From positions 1,978-65,977 of the forward strand of contig JASJDU010000020.1 in the NCBI GenBank assembly GCA_030065015.1: a stretch of 64,000 nucleotides of DNA. Direction: 5' to 3'. The number at the start of each line of letters is the position of its first letter. The stretch's first letter is position 1. This DNA is from Candidatus Caenarcanales bacterium. Its GTDB lineage: Bacteria > Cyanobacteriota > Vampirovibrionia > Caenarcaniphilales > Caenarcanaceae. The notes beneath the pieces were generated by a model, which was not told the DNA's origin, ran no database searches, and saw only the letters and a program-made list of their open reading frames with translations. Shown here piece by piece: positions 28,952 to 38,710 of this stretch. The translations under genes and the position numbers were made by a program.

Positions 28952-29407
28952 CTAAGAAATTTTCTCTAATGAACCACCGGCTTTGCTCACTTTGGTTTCT
29001 GCTGAAGATGAAAATGCATGTGCTTTTATTTTCAGTGGTGTTTTCAAATCACCATTAGCAAGTATCTTCAATCCGCCATTTTCCAATTTCTTTATTACTT
29101 TAGATTCTAAAAGTAATTCCGGTGTTACTTCTATTTCTTTATCAAAACCAAGAGACTCAATATCAGCTAAGTTAATTATTGTATAACTTTTTTTATTGGG
29201 AGTTGATATATACTGATGCTTTGGAAGTCTGCGATACAAAGGAGTCTGCCCTCCTTCAAATTGTTTTCTAATTGAACATCCAGCTCTCTGTTTTTGTCCA
29301 TTATGTCCTCTTCCAGCAGTTTTCCCACCATAGCCTGCACGTCCTCTAGACTCTCTTTTCTTTTTTCTCTTCGAACCTGGTGAAGGTTTTAAATCTGATA
29401 AATCCAT
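28952..29407 (-). CDS. rplO: 50S ribosomal protein L15
   Basis: Basic G/R-rich N-terminus, 151 aa. Confidence 0.9.
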   Translation of the reverse strand: MDLSDLKPSPGSKRKKKRESRGRAGYGGKTAGRGHNGQKQRAGCSIRKQFEGGQTPLYRRLPKHQYISTPNKKSYTIINLADIESLGFDKEIEVTPELLLESKVIKKLENGGLKILANGDLKTPLKIKAHAFSSSAETKVSKAGGSLEKIS

Positions 29408-29478
29408 TATTCATACTCCAATATTATTTTATTTATAAAGGCTAGGCTTCAACATTTTAACTAATTTTTATAAATAAG

Positions 29479-30087
29479 TTAAGCTGGAATCGCAACCTGT
29501 CCTCTTAATTGTCTAATTTGACTCTTTGTTTTCAATTTAGTAATTGCATCTTGTAAAGCACCCAATACGTTAATTGGGTTTGTTGAACCAACTGTTTTAC
29601 AAACAACATTATGTAAGCCAGCTGATTCTAAAGCCATCTTTATTGACCAGCAAGCTATCAACCCTGTTCCTTTTGGAGCTCTAAAAAGATTTACAACCGT
29701 TGAACCATGATGACCAGTTATATCATGAGGAATAGAGCCTTGATCGAAAGGAATCCTTGTAAGTTTTTTCTTAGCATTTTCAATTGCTTTTCTTATTGCA
29801 TCGACCACTTCTGCAGCTTTTCCAAGGCCAACTCCTACATTACCCTTCATATCTCCAATAACAACAAGAGCAGAAAAGCTTAAATTCTTACCACCCTTAA
29901 CAACTTTTGTTACGCGGCGAATTTGTACAACTTTCTCAATCCATTCGTTGTCTTTTTCATTTCTCTGCTGGCCTCCAAAAGAATCTTTTGATCTTCTTGA
30001 ATTTCTACCTTCTTGGTTATTACCATCTCCTTTAGAGTTGGATTTTTTATGTTGTCCTGGTCCTTTGGAAAATTTTTGTGAGTTCAT
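29479..30087 (-). CDS. rpsE: 30S ribosomal protein S5 with an N-terminal basic extension
   Basis: The S5 core RVTKVVKGGK...GLGK plus a ~45 aa G/R/K-rich extension. There is no rpmD (L30) in the 71-nt gap to rplO. Confidence 0.9.
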   Translation of the reverse strand: MNSQKFSKGPGQHKKSNSKGDGNNQEGRNSRRSKDSFGGQQRNEKDNEWIEKVVQIRRVTKVVKGGKNLSFSALVVIGDMKGNVGVGLGKAAEVVDAIRKAIENAKKKLTRIPFDQGSIPHDITGHHGSTVVNLFRAPKGTGLIACWSIKMALESAGLHNVVCKTVGSTNPINVLGALQDAITKLKTKSQIRQLRGQVAIPA

Positions 30088-30096
30088 AATAGTTCC

Positions 30097-30465
30097 TTAA
30101 AATTCTAAGCCTCCTTGTCTCGCAGACTCAGCGAGAGATTTAATTCTTCCATGATATAAGTGTCCACCTCTATCAAAAACAACTTGTTTAATATTTTTCT
30201 TAATTGCTTTATCTGCAATTAGCTTACCAACTAATTCAGCCGCTCCACAATTGGCACCGTGTTTTGTCTCTTTTTTTATAGTTTTATCCAAGCTAGAAGC
30301 TGCTGCTAAGACATTTCCTGTTTCATCATCGATAATTTGCACATATATGTGTTTTCCACTTTTATGTGCAGATAACCTCGGCTTGCTAGAATCACCTGAA
30401 ATTTTTTTTCTTACACGGATATGTGCTCTATTAAGAATTCTTTTCTTTGTAAAGTTGGCGGACAT
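30097..30465 (-). CDS. rplR: 50S ribosomal protein L18
   Basis: 122 aa with typical L18 sequence. Confidence 0.9.
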   Translation of the reverse strand: MSANFTKKRILNRAHIRVRKKISGDSSKPRLSAHKSGKHIYVQIIDDETGNVLAAASSLDKTIKKETKHGANCGAAELVGKLIADKAIKKNIKQVVFDRGGHLYHGRIKSLAESARQGGLEF

Positions 30466-30478
30466 AATTAACTACCTT

Positions 30479-31024
30479 TTATTTTTTACCTGACTTACCT
30501 TCTTTTCTTCGTATCTTTTCACCATCATACATAACACCTTTACCTTTATATGGTTCAGGAGGCCTAGCCATACGGACTTCAGCCGCAAATTGGCCTACTT
30601 CATCCTTTTTAATACCAACTATCTCAACTGTAGTCTGGTCTGGACAAGTGACTTGCAAATCATCCGGAATCTCAAACTCAATGGGGTGACTATAACCTAA
30701 CGCCATGACCAATACTTTTCCTTTGATCTGGGCCTTATAACCAACACCAACTAGTACAAGTTTCTTTTTAAAACCATTTGTTACACCTTCAATAGCATTC
30801 CCAAGGAGACTACCGAAAAGACCATAAAGAGCTTTAACATCACCGTGTGGATTCTCTTCTGGAGGCTTAATAGAAGCAAATCCATTTTCAACGATTAAAG
30901 AAAAACCTTCCTTTAACTTTATTGATATTTCACCTTTGGGTCCTTTAACCTTAATAAGCTCATCAGCCTGGTTAACTTCAACTCCAGATTCTAGCTTATT
31001 TGATTTTTTTCCTATTCTTGACAT
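30479..31024 (-). CDS. rplF: 50S ribosomal protein L6
   Basis: 181 aa. MSRIGKK start. Confidence 0.9.
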   Translation of the reverse strand: MSRIGKKSNKLESGVEVNQADELIKVKGPKGEISIKLKEGFSLIVENGFASIKPPEENPHGDVKALYGLFGSLLGNAIEGVTNGFKKKLVLVGVGYKAQIKGKVLVMALGYSHPIEFEIPDDLQVTCPDQTTVEIVGIKKDEVGQFAAEVRMARPPEPYKGKGVMYDGEKIRRKEGKSGKK

Positions 31025-31043
31025 AATTCTTTATCCTAATTTA

Positions 31044-31445
31044 TTACCAGACGGTACAAATAACCTCTCCACCAAGTTTCCTTTTCTTAGCTTCTTGGTC
31101 GGTAATAATACCCTCACTTGTTGTATACAAAGAAATACTGTGTTGAGGATATCCGGTTATTTTATTGCTGTGTGAACTATAGAATCTACAACCAGGCTTA
31201 CTTTGTCTTCTAATGCCTAAAATTGCTGGCTCACCTTTATTAACATACTTTAGATAAATTACTATATCTTTCTTAATAGAATCAGTCTCCTGAACTTCCA
31301 CAGAGTGAATAAACCCCAACCTATCTAAGCACTTTGCTATTTCTTCTTTAATCTTAGAATGTGGAACTTTAATATATTTTTTTCTACCAAGCAATCCGTT
31401 ACGGATTCTTGTAAGCATATCTGCGATTGGATCTGAATGAGTCAC
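31044..31445 (-). CDS. rpsH: 30S ribosomal protein S8
   Basis: The core begins ...DPIADMLTRIRNG. The likely start is the in-frame GTG, making the product about 133 aa. The ORF track's longer form would run into rpsN. Confidence 0.85.
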   Translation of the reverse strand: MTHSDPIADMLTRIRNGLLGRKKYIKVPHSKIKEEIAKCLDRLGFIHSVEVQETDSIKKDIVIYLKYVNKGEPAILGIRRQSKPGCRFYSSHSNKITGYPQHSISLYTTSEGIITDQEAKKRKLGGEVICTVW

Positions 31446-31467
31446 TTTAATATATTCACAAGTAGGG

Positions 31468-31674
31468 TTACCAACTAGACTTTTTAACACCAGGAATTAA
31501 TCCTTCATGTGCCATCTCTCTAAAACAAATACGACAAATACCAAAGTCTCTAATAAAGCCTCTTGGTCTGCCACATTTCCAACATCTATTTCTAAGACGC
31601 GTTAAGGGAAGCTTACCTTTTTCGGCTAGACTTTGCTTCTTCTTTTCTCTTTGTTTAGTTGCTTTCTTTGCCAT
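31468..31674 (-). CDS. rpsN: 30S ribosomal protein S14, short zinc-binding (type Z) form
   Basis: 68 aa with CWKCGRPRG...CRIC cysteine pairs. Confidence 0.9.
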   Translation of the reverse strand: MAKKATKQREKKKQSLAEKGKLPLTRLRNRCWKCGRPRGFIRDFGICRICFREMAHEGLIPGVKKSSW

Positions 31675-31834
31675 AAAGATATGTTATGAATCGAGCAATA
31701 AAGTATATCTTGTTTTTCGTAAAAATCAAAGTTTTCTGAAAAATTTTGAAGACTTTAATGAATATATTTTTGTTTAAAGGCCTGAATAATATGAATGAAA
31801 CAGGAAAGCAATTCATGAATTGGATTTAAAAAGA

Positions 31835-31909
31835 TGGAGCGAACGAAGGGATTCGAACCCTCGACCCCTTCCTTGGCAAGGAAGTGTTCTACCACTGAAC
31901 TACGTTCGC
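31835..31909 (-). tRNA. tRNA-Gly(GCC), CCA encoded
   Basis: The minus strand reads GCGAACGTAGTTCAGTGGTAGAACACTTCCTTGCCAAGGAAGGGGTCGAGGGTTCGAATCCCTTCGTTCGCTCCA. This folds as a cloverleaf with a 7-bp acceptor stem, a TTGCCAA anticodon loop and a GTTCGAATC T-loop. Confidence 0.9.
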
Positions 31910-31959
31910 ATTTAAGAATTAATGCTAAAAATAATGGAATCGTATAAATTACTTCAATT

Positions 31960-31988
31960 ATTTTTATTCAGGCAAAATATTTTGACAA
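31960..31988 (-). promoter_or_regulatory. Candidate sigma70-type promoter for the tRNA-Gly/rpsN transcription unit
   Basis: On the minus strand there is TTGTCA, a 16-nt spacer, then TAAAAAT, about 45 nt upstream of the tRNA 5' end. This is pattern match only. Confidence 0.25.
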
Positions 31989-32047
31989 TTTATATCTCAA
32001 AAGCGCAAGTCAATAATTCTAGAAATTATATTTAAGCATTTTTATTT

Positions 32048-32983
32048 ATGAAAAATAATGAAGAAAAGAAAACAAAATCCGGGTTTATAGCATTACTTGG
32101 CAGGCCTAACGTTGGCAAATCATCTCTCATGAATGCTTTGCTTGAACAAAAAATAGCTATTGTGAGCCCTAGAGTACAGACAACACGCACAAAAATACTG
32201 GGAGTTTACAACTATCCAAATAATGAAGCACAAGCTATTTTCCTAGACTTACCAGGAATGCATAAGCCAATTGACAAGCTCAGCGAATCATGTCGAAAAA
32301 TCACACTGGATGGTGCAAAAGAGGCTGATTTAATTATTTTCATGAGCGAAGCAAACTGCCCGCCCGGCAAAGGAGATACATGGATTAGCAAGTGGCTAAT
32401 GGAAAATTGTTCAGGGACCTCTCTCTTAATTGTTTTAAACAAAAAAGATTTAGTAAGGACTCATTCTCTGGAAACAAAATACACAAACCAATATCTTGAC
32501 CTCTTCAAAGGGTTCACCCAAGAGCCTAAAGTAATAACAACTTCATGCTTTGATGAAAAAAGTTTGAAGGAGCTATTGGACAGAATCTTATTGATTTTAC
32601 CGGAAGGTCCTTTCTATTTTCCAGATGATATTCCAACTAATCGTTCTTTAAGATTTTTAGCTTGTGAATTAATTAGAGAACAAGTCTTACTGCTTACGAA
32701 TGAGGAGGTTCCACACTCATGTGCTGTTGAAATAGTTGAATTTCAAGAAAATGAAGAGAAACAACTAACGACAATAAGGGCAAACATTTTGGTAGAGACA
32801 GAATCTCAAAAATCTATTTTGGTTGGTAAAAAAGGATCGAAAATAAAAGAAATCGGAAGCAACTCTAGAAAAGAGATAGAAGAATTGCTCAACTCTAAGG
32901 TTTTCCTAGAATTGAAGGTTAAACAAAGCAAAACTTGGAGAAACAATCCTCGTAAACTTAAAGAACTCAACCCCATTGATTGA
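32048..32983 (+). CDS. era: GTPase Era
   Basis: GRPNVGKSSL G1 motif, DLPG, NKKD, and a C-terminal KH domain. Confidence 0.9.
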   Translation: MKNNEEKKTKSGFIALLGRPNVGKSSLMNALLEQKIAIVSPRVQTTRTKILGVYNYPNNEAQAIFLDLPGMHKPIDKLSESCRKITLDGAKEADLIIFMSEANCPPGKGDTWISKWLMENCSGTSLLIVLNKKDLVRTHSLETKYTNQYLDLFKGFTQEPKVITTSCFDEKSLKELLDRILLILPEGPFYFPDDIPTNRSLRFLACELIREQVLLLTNEEVPHSCAVEIVEFQENEEKQLTTIRANILVETESQKSILVGKKGSKIKEIGSNSRKEIEELLNSKVFLELKVKQSKTWRNNPRKLKELNPID

Positions 32984-33000
32984 AACTTGTTTTAGAAAGG

Positions 33001-34845
33001 TTAGAAATATAAACTATCGATCTCTTTCTCATAATTTTTTTGAATAATTCTTCTTTTAATCTTCATTGTATGAGTCAATTCATCTTTCTCCTGGCTAAAA
33101 GACTTGGGTAGGATTAAAAACTTTCTTACTTTTTCATGTTCAGCCAAATGTTCACAGGCCTTATTCATTTCATTTTTAATAAAGTTATTAACCTTGGAAT
33201 CTCTAATGAAATGTTCCCATTCGTTTTGAGTCATCTCTTCTTGATTTCCTTTAAAGTTTTCAATAATTGAGCCTCTCTGTAAAGTTATTAAGGCACAAAG
33301 CCAATTTTTCTTGTCACCGAAAACAGCAGCTTGTTCAATAAAAGGGCTAGAGCATAATTTATCTTCAATATAAGTTGGAGCAATTTTTTTTCCACCAGAA
33401 GTAATTATCAAATCTTTTTTACGACCAATAATGAAAACATTTCCTTTTTCATCTATTCGCCCCAAGTCACCGGTTTTAAACCATCCATCCTCTGTAAAAG
33501 AATCTCTTGTTGCATCTATGTTATTCCAGTATGCTTGGAAGATAATTTCCCCTTTGGCAAGAATTTCGTCTTCTTCAGAAATCTTCAACTCAACCGAAGT
33601 TAATGGCTTACCCACACTTCCATATTTAACACTATTCAAAGAATTGGCACAGAGAATACCTGTAGTTTCCGTTAAACCGTAACCTTCTATTAGATAAAAG
33701 CCAATTGCATGAAAAAATTCAATACATTCCTGAGAGAGAGGCGCTCCTCCTGAAATTATTACTTTCAAGCTTGGACTTATACGATCCTTAATTTTTTTGA
33801 GTACTAACTGATAAACAAGTTTATGTAATAAGACCACTAGAAGTCTCACAAATTCATTTCCAGAAGTAAATTCAAGTTTTTTCAAGAAGATTGCCATGGA
33901 AATAGAGACTTTAACTATATTTCTGGTTGTTTTAGGCAATTCTTCAATTTGCCTGGAGACTTTAGTTCTAAGCTTCTCCAGAATCAAAGGAACAGCAAGA
34001 ATAATAGTTGCCGGTGCTTCCTTTAAATATTGACCAACTAATTCAATCCGGTTACAAAAGTATATAGGACAACCTTGGCTCAAAAAATACCATTGACCCG
34101 CAATACGTTGAAATATATGAGCAGAAGTTAGAAAAGCGAGAAGAGAATTTTCATTTTTATCTCTAATTGGAACTGTATTTGGAATACTATGGGTTTGGAA
34201 AAGAATATTTTTATGAGTGAGAACAACTCCTTTCAATTGACCACTAGTACCGGAAGTATAAACAATTGTTGCAACATCATCTTGAGACAAAGACTCATAT
34301 CGCTCACGAACTATATTAATAGTTTCGTTTAATTCATTTTCTCCGATAGATTTATACTCTTGAAAGTTAATTACTGGAATATTAAGACTTAAGTTACTTG
34401 CTTCAAATTCGTCAAAAACGATAATTTTCTCAATTGTTGTTTCTTCTACAACTTGAATGACTTTATCCAACTGTTTTTTATCTTCTACAAATAGTATTTT
34501 TGCAGCAGAGTTATTGAGCAAGAATTTAATCTCAGCAGGAGTACAAGTGTGGTACAAAGTGGTTGTTACAGCTCCTGCAGACATAATACCAATATCGGCA
34601 ATGGTCCACTCAATTCTAGTGTTAGAGAGAATTGCTACTTTATCTCCCTTTTTGGTATTGTCATCAATTAATGCAGCAGCGGTTTTAGAAACCTCTAACG
34701 AAAGCTCTTGCCAAGACACTGCATAAAACTGATTTCTTTCTCTTCGATTTTCCTGTTGATTAGTATATGCTGCCACGGTGGAAATACAAGTTTGCGCCTT
34801 TGAAAAGAACATATCTGGCAAGTTTTTGTACTTTGTAATTTCCAT
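33001..34845 (-). CDS. Long-chain fatty-acid-CoA ligase (AMP-binding superfamily)
   Basis: YTSGTSGQLKGV AMP-binding motif and a GYGLTE motif. Length 614 aa. Confidence 0.85.
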   Translation of the reverse strand: MEITKYKNLPDMFFSKAQTCISTVAAYTNQQENRRERNQFYAVSWQELSLEVSKTAAALIDDNTKKGDKVAILSNTRIEWTIADIGIMSAGAVTTTLYHTCTPAEIKFLLNNSAAKILFVEDKKQLDKVIQVVEETTIEKIIVFDEFEASNLSLNIPVINFQEYKSIGENELNETINIVRERYESLSQDDVATIVYTSGTSGQLKGVVLTHKNILFQTHSIPNTVPIRDKNENSLLAFLTSAHIFQRIAGQWYFLSQGCPIYFCNRIELVGQYLKEAPATIILAVPLILEKLRTKVSRQIEELPKTTRNIVKVSISMAIFLKKLEFTSGNEFVRLLVVLLHKLVYQLVLKKIKDRISPSLKVIISGGAPLSQECIEFFHAIGFYLIEGYGLTETTGILCANSLNSVKYGSVGKPLTSVELKISEEDEILAKGEIIFQAYWNNIDATRDSFTEDGWFKTGDLGRIDEKGNVFIIGRKKDLIITSGGKKIAPTYIEDKLCSSPFIEQAAVFGDKKNWLCALITLQRGSIIENFKGNQEEMTQNEWEHFIRDSKVNNFIKNEMNKACEHLAEHEKVRKFLILPKSFSQEKDELTHTMKIKRRIIQKNYEKEIDSLYF

Positions 34846-34955
34846 AAGTTCGTTTGTTAAAGTTACAATGCTAATTCTAATAAAGCCGGAAACTTTTTTG
34901 TTTCAAAGGCTTTCTAATAACTTAGGTTATTGCTAACAACCAGTCACAATAAATT

Positions 34956-35801
34956 ATGCTTTTTTCAAAACATTCATTTAAAAAATTAGGTTTCGGATTA
35001 TTGATAAGTACATTTGCTCTATTATCACCCTCTTTCGGTCAACCTTCCAATCAAGAAGAAAGAGAGCAATTGAATGACACTCAAAAAGCTGAATTAAAAA
35101 GCCAAGAAATACAATTAAGATCTCTTTTGCTGAAAAATCCTCAAATAGCAGAAGCTCATTTAAACCTGGGTAACATTTACTGGAAACAAGGCAGGGATGG
35201 AAAGCCAATTAGACATTACTTAGCCGCAATTAAGTTAAATCCAAATTACGCAGAAGCCTATTACAATCTTGGAAATGTTTTTTTCGAACAAGGTGAGCGT
35301 GAGCAAGCTTACGAAGCTTATAAGAAATCCACAGAATTAAAGCCAAATTTTGCACTAGCCTTCAACGGTCTAGGGAATTCTTTACTTGATGACAAAAAAT
35401 ACAATCAAGCCATTGAAAACTACAAGCATGCAATTCAATTAGATCCAAATTACAAAGAAGCAATTTACAACCTTTGCACCTCTTATATTTACTCAGCCAA
35501 ATACTTAGAAGCAGTTAATGCTTGTCAAAGAGCGGCAAATACAACAAATGATTCAAGAGCTTGGAATAATTTGGGTAACGCATATTTCAGAACTAAGCAA
35601 TTTGATTTAGCGCTTAGAGCCTATAATACTGCACTAGAGTTAGATCCTGAATTACCAGAGGCTCACTTTAATATTGCAGCGATTAGTCTAGTTCATACAA
35701 AAAACAAAGAGGAAGCATTAAACAGAGAGAAAATTCTCAAAGTCATAGATCCTCAAAAAAGTCATAAGCTTTCTTCATTAATTAAATCTTCAAGAATCTA
35801 A
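34956..35801 (+). CDS. Secreted TPR-repeat protein
   Basis: Signal peptide plus about six TPR units (AEAYYNLGNVF, ALAFNGLGNS, and similar). Confidence 0.7.
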   Translation: MLFSKHSFKKLGFGLLISTFALLSPSFGQPSNQEEREQLNDTQKAELKSQEIQLRSLLLKNPQIAEAHLNLGNIYWKQGRDGKPIRHYLAAIKLNPNYAEAYYNLGNVFFEQGEREQAYEAYKKSTELKPNFALAFNGLGNSLLDDKKYNQAIENYKHAIQLDPNYKEAIYNLCTSYIYSAKYLEAVNACQRAANTTNDSRAWNNLGNAYFRTKQFDLALRAYNTALELDPELPEAHFNIAAISLVHTKNKEEALNREKILKVIDPQKSHKLSSLIKSSRI

Positions 35802-35895
35802 TCAATGAAGGCTAATTAGTCAAATAGTCAAAACCACTTTACAAATCCGAGGTAAATGGAATAGGCTTCAGTCAGGTTGATGTTATTTAAATTTC

Positions 35896-37560
35896 ATGAA
35901 GTTATCAGAATACGTTTTTAAAAGATTAGAGGATCTTGGTATTGACAATGTATTTTGTATTCCCGGAGAATCGGTACAAGAATTATATAGAGCTTTAATA
36001 AATAGCCCTTTAAACAATATACTTCTTTCACACGAACCATCAGCAGGTTATGCTACCGATGCGTATTCTAGACTAAAAGGAATCGGTGCAGTTTTAGTGA
36101 GTTATGGAGTAGGCTCTTTGAATATGGTTAACGCAGTTAGCCAGGCCTATGCCGAAAGTTCTCCGATGATTGTCTTAAGCGGTGGCCCAGGAATGGCCGA
36201 AAGAAAAAAGTATTCATTACTTCATCACAAAGTTAGAACATTTCAAACTCAACAAAGAGTTTTTGATGAAATTACAGCTGCTAGCTTAATAATAGAATCG
36301 CCGGAAGAGGCAGCAATTAAGCTGGAAACAGCCTTCCAAACAGCACTAAGATACAAAAAACCAGTTTATGTAGAAATTCCAAGAGATATTTGCAACTGCA
36401 AAATTGGTGCACAACCTATTTTAAGCCAATTCGACGAAGACTATGACGCAGATACTGTCAAAGAAGCTCTAGAAGAAGTTGTTGAACTCCTCAACAAAGC
36501 CCAAAAGCCTGTAATTCTAGCTGGAGTTGAAGTATCTAGAATTAAAATGCAAGACAAACTAATTGAATTTATCGAAAAAACGGGTCTTCCAGTTTGTACA
36601 ACTTTGCTCGGGAAGTCATTAGTATCAGAAAGCCACCCTCAGTCTTTAGGAACTTTCTTTGGAACTCTATCCAATAAAGCTGCAGGTCATTACCTAGAAT
36701 CATCTGATTTAATTCTGTCACTAGGATCAATTCTCAGCGATGTAAACCTTGGAATGTTTACTTTCCAATTTGATAGAACAAAGATGATCGAAGCACGTAT
36801 AGATCACCTAAGGGTCAAACATCATCATTATCCCGAAATGACTCTTAAGAACTGCATTCAAGGATTACTTGAACACAAAAATATTAAAAAAAGGAATATT
36901 GATATTCCAAAGCCAAGAAAATCGCATATTGCCAAAGAAATTCCATCAGAAAGAATCACCGTTAATAATGCAGAAACGGTATTAAACAAATTTATCAATC
37001 GTGACAATACACCAACCTATCGTATTGTCAGCGATGTTGGAGATTGTCTCTTTTTAACTCAGGGACTACACACAAATACAATTTCAAGCTTTTTATCTCC
37101 TGCCTATTATTTAAGCATGGGATTTGCGGTTCCGGGAGGAATTGGCGCCCAAATTGCAGATCCATCTCAGCGTTCATTGATTGTAGTTGGAGATGGAGCA
37201 TTTCAAATGACTGGAATGGAGATTATTAGCGCTACAAGATTAGGACTCAATCCAATCATCGTTGTTTTGAATAACGGTGTTTACGCAACTTTAGATAAAG
37301 TTGAATTAGATCCTCTTCCAGAATCATACAAAATTGGGAAATACGAATACTTTAAAATGGCTGAAATCTTCGGTGGGATTGGGTTAAAAGCCGATACAAC
37401 AGATGAATTTGAAAAAGCATTAAATAAAGCAGAGAAAAAACATTCAAATGATTTAGTGCTAATTCAATTGAATTTAGATGAAAACGACGTCTCAGACGTT
37501 CTTAAGTCATTTGGGGCAAAAATGGGACAGTCTAATCAAGAAGCTTCTTCAATAGAATAA
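35896..37560 (+). CDS. Thiamine-pyrophosphate-dependent 2-keto-acid decarboxylase (IPDC/PDC/ALS family)
   Basis: TPP-enzyme N-terminal, central and C-terminal domains, and a GDGAFQMTGMEI TPP-binding motif. Length 554 aa. Confidence 0.8.
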   Translation: MKLSEYVFKRLEDLGIDNVFCIPGESVQELYRALINSPLNNILLSHEPSAGYATDAYSRLKGIGAVLVSYGVGSLNMVNAVSQAYAESSPMIVLSGGPGMAERKKYSLLHHKVRTFQTQQRVFDEITAASLIIESPEEAAIKLETAFQTALRYKKPVYVEIPRDICNCKIGAQPILSQFDEDYDADTVKEALEEVVELLNKAQKPVILAGVEVSRIKMQDKLIEFIEKTGLPVCTTLLGKSLVSESHPQSLGTFFGTLSNKAAGHYLESSDLILSLGSILSDVNLGMFTFQFDRTKMIEARIDHLRVKHHHYPEMTLKNCIQGLLEHKNIKKRNIDIPKPRKSHIAKEIPSERITVNNAETVLNKFINRDNTPTYRIVSDVGDCLFLTQGLHTNTISSFLSPAYYLSMGFAVPGGIGAQIADPSQRSLIVVGDGAFQMTGMEIISATRLGLNPIIVVLNNGVYATLDKVELDPLPESYKIGKYEYFKMAEIFGGIGLKADTTDEFEKALNKAEKKHSNDLVLIQLNLDENDVSDVLKSFGAKMGQSNQEASSIE

Positions 37561-37613
37561 AAACTCAGAGGATTATTAAAGGAGCTAGTTTTGCAAGCAG
37601 TTGAAGTTTAAAC

Positions 37614-37880
37614 TTAAGCAGCCAAAGCAGCGATTGGTTCAATATTAACTACTTTTCTACCTCTTTTGTCGGTGAACTTCACTTTACCTTCAATAAGAGA
37701 ATAAATTGTAAAGTCTCTGCCCAAACCAACGTTTTTACCGGGCTTAAACTTTGTACCAACTTGGCGAATAATAATTTCTCCTGCATTAACTTTCTGGCCA
37801 CCAAAACGCTTTACACCTCTGCGTTTTGCGTTACTATCTCTTCCGTTTTTACTGGAACCACCAGCTTTTTTACTTGCCAT
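37614..37880 (-). CDS. rpmA: 50S ribosomal protein L27
   Basis: [10 protein letters not shown]...RGVKRFGGQ. There is no rplU adjacent. Confidence 0.9.
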   Translation of the reverse strand: MASKKAGGSSKNGRDSNAKRRGVKRFGGQKVNAGEIIIRQVGTKFKPGKNVGLGRDFTIYSLIEGKVKFTDKRGRKVVNIEPIAALAA

Positions 37881-37956
37881 AGTTGATTGTTAATTTATTT
37901 TTCGAGAGTTAATTAGAATAACATACTAAACTCATTCCCCTCAAGATTCAACCTGT

Positions 37957-37986
37957 GGATATTAAATTCGGCCATATTTAATATCC
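37957..37986. promoter_or_regulatory. Perfect 11-bp inverted repeat (ggatattaaat / atttaatatcc) with an 8-nt spacer, upstream of rpmA
   Basis: Seen directly in the sequence. It is AT-rich and has no T-tract after it on the minus strand, so it looks more like an operator than a terminator. Confidence 0.3.
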
Positions 37987-38006
37987 CTACAGATACACTC
38001 AACAAC

Positions 38007-38543
38007 TTATAAGAAATTTCTTATTGTTTCTAAACCTTCGAAGTATTCTGGAGAAAGAACCATATCTACCTCTTTATTTGGTAAAGCAGAACCTTTCTTC
38101 GGTATATTACTTGTTGGTTTAGGTACTATATAGCATTTAAATTGAACACTTTTGGCATCTTCTATTACTCCAGATACTTCTCTTGTTAAGTATGGTGTTC
38201 TAAAACCGCCCATGTAATCAGGCTGCTCACTGGTCCAGAGAGCAGATTTATCCGAGAAGTTCACAAAAGCAGAGCATGACAAAATAGTATATTTGGCAAC
38301 GTTATTCAAATCAAAACTTATATCAGGGTTATTGGAAAGACCTGTAACATTAGTTTTAGAGCAAAAAAGATAAGTCCTGAGCAATGGCTCTCCCTTGTGA
38401 AAGTATTGCTCATGTTTATCTTTCTTACATTCATCATCACTTATTTGAACATGTCCCTCTATTGTGATTGTCCTGGGATTTTGATTATTAATAAAACGTT
38501 GAGGAATATTTAAGGATGGTCTTAAATGAGCAACAGAGATCAT
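38007..38543 (-). CDS. Hypothetical protein
   Basis: ORF of 178 aa. I could not place it in a family. Confidence 0.4.
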   Translation of the reverse strand: MISVAHLRPSLNIPQRFINNQNPRTITIEGHVQISDDECKKDKHEQYFHKGEPLLRTYLFCSKTNVTGLSNNPDISFDLNNVAKYTILSCSAFVNFSDKSALWTSEQPDYMGGFRTPYLTREVSGVIEDAKSVQFKCYIVPKPTSNIPKKGSALPNKEVDMVLSPEYFEGLETIRNFL

Positions 38544-38710
38544 AATCGAAGTTTATAGAATGAATAAATTAAAAACTTTTTCAAATTTACAACGTTCAGG
38601 GAAATAACTTCTATAAACTCAGTTTAATCTTTCAAAGTTTTCAATTCTACTTTCTGCAAAATAGTCAAATATAATAGTTATTTGACTATTTTGAATTTAA
38701 TTGGAAGAGA

